64,000 bases of DNA, taken from contig CALRFU010000002.1 in the NCBI GenBank assembly GCA_943356775.1, positions 48,524-112,523 of the forward strand, written 5' to 3'. Positions 63,621 to 64,000 of the stretch are shown in pieces. The DNA comes from Candidatus Nomurabacteria bacterium (GTDB lineage Bacteria; Patescibacteriota; Minisyncoccia; Phycocordibacterales; UBA2100). The position numbers were made by a program, and so were the translations under genes. Position 1 is the first letter of the stretch. Each line of letters starts with the position of its first letter. The notes under the pieces were generated by a model. That model saw only the letters and a list, made by a program, of their open reading frames with translations, did no database searches and was not told the DNA's origin.

Positions 63621-63842
63621 TGCCGTCCGTTGCACTGCCCATTGAATACTCGCCGAGCTGTATCGTATTCGGCATCGGTAAATGCCATAGCACTTTGTAC
63701 CAAGTATCTTCAACTTTTTGTGAGCTTCGCATATGCCACTCCATCTCAAACCGTGGTCGGAGATGCTCTCGGCGTATGGACGCTGGGTTCGGTAGCGGGA
63801 AACCGTAATCGCCCGCGTATTCACCTACTTCCGCTTCGCATT

Positions 63843-63888
63843 GTATCAAAACAAAACCCCGCGCTGCCATATTTCAGACAACGCGGGG
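63843..63888 (-). terminator. rho-independent terminator of the DGR target gene
   Basis: Minus strand CCCCGCG-N18-CGCGGGG followed by UUUUGUUUUG, about 55 nt after the target stop. Confidence 0.6.
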
Positions 63889-63941
63889 CAAAGGGCAAGG
63901 TGCAAAGGGTCAAACAAGACCCAAGGCACCAAGCACCGAGT

Positions 63942-64000
63942 TCAACTTGCGAAGCGAGCCGCAGGGTAGTAAGCGAACCAGTCGTAGGCGAGCCAGTCCC
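63942..64000 (-). CDS. DGR target (variable) protein, C-terminal end only; the gene continues beyond the window edge
   Basis: The minus strand reads ...D W L A Y D W F A Y Y P A A R F A S stop (TGA at 63942-63944). This is in frame with the TR-encoded N W L D N D W N D N N P A A R F A. Codon changes N->D/Y/F and D->A all arise from A->N substitutions at first/second positions of AAC/GAC codons. Confidence 0.65.
   Translation of the reverse strand, partial: DWLAYDWFAYYPAARFAS
63947..64000 (-). repeat. DGR variable repeat (VR), partial, with IMH-like 20-mer CCCTGCGGCTCGCTTCGCAA at its 3' end
   Basis: See the TR entry. The 20-nt GC-rich block is identical in TR and VR. Flanking sequence diverges immediately 3' of it. 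Confidence 0.65.

Noticed and set aside
63286-63870. Minus-strand ORFs 63286-63870 (194 aa) and 63438-63824 (128 aa)
   Set aside because: They span the TR and the VR-TR spacer. One is simply the TR read in the VR frame; the other is antisense to avd. They have no protein-like features. They are treated as non-coding DGR template and spacer.
1-64000. CRISPR arrays, transposases or integrases
   Set aside because: No regularly spaced direct repeats and no transposase or integrase-like ORFs were seen by eye. The only mobile-element-type gene is the DGR reverse transcriptase.

Overview
This 64 kb window is from a compact bacterial genome. About 55% GC is estimated by eye. Most genes are on the minus strand, with many envelope proteins of unknown function. 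The mix of a diversity-generating retroelement, a giant surface protein and sparse operons suggests a CPR/Patescibacteria-like lineage, but that is an inference. Clear housekeeping genes are class II ribonucleotide reductase (nrdJ), groES-groEL, secG, RNase J, metK, glmS, typA/bipA, msrB, a DEAD-box helicase, an RluA-family pseudouridine synthase, maf, yvcK, htpX-lemA, tRNA-Ser(GGA) and RNase P RNA. RNase P RNA lies between nrdJ and a partial membrane gene at the left edge. There is a copper homeostasis operon: csoR-copA, an HMA-membrane fusion, cupredoxin and DUF305. A perfect 24-bp palindromic operator sits in the csoR promoter. A SAM-I riboswitch precedes metK. The main accessory element is at the right edge, 62049-64000: a diversity-generating retroelement (DGR). 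It has a reverse transcriptase with the DGR-type GxxxSQ motif, an Avd-like four-helix-bundle gene, and a template repeat (TR). The variable repeat (VR) lies at the 3' end of a target gene that runs off the window. TR/VR mismatches are almost all at TR adenines. The cassette is atypical because avd is inverted relative to TR/RT. A C14 homopolymer sits between the divergent RT and avd starts. Other accessory-looking loci are a MurF-like ligase cluster with a DegT::FemAB fusion, a 2241-aa secreted giant protein with an RlpA/3D-like domain, a solitary MazF/PemK-like toxin, and a duplicated tRNA 3'-end that may be an integration scar.
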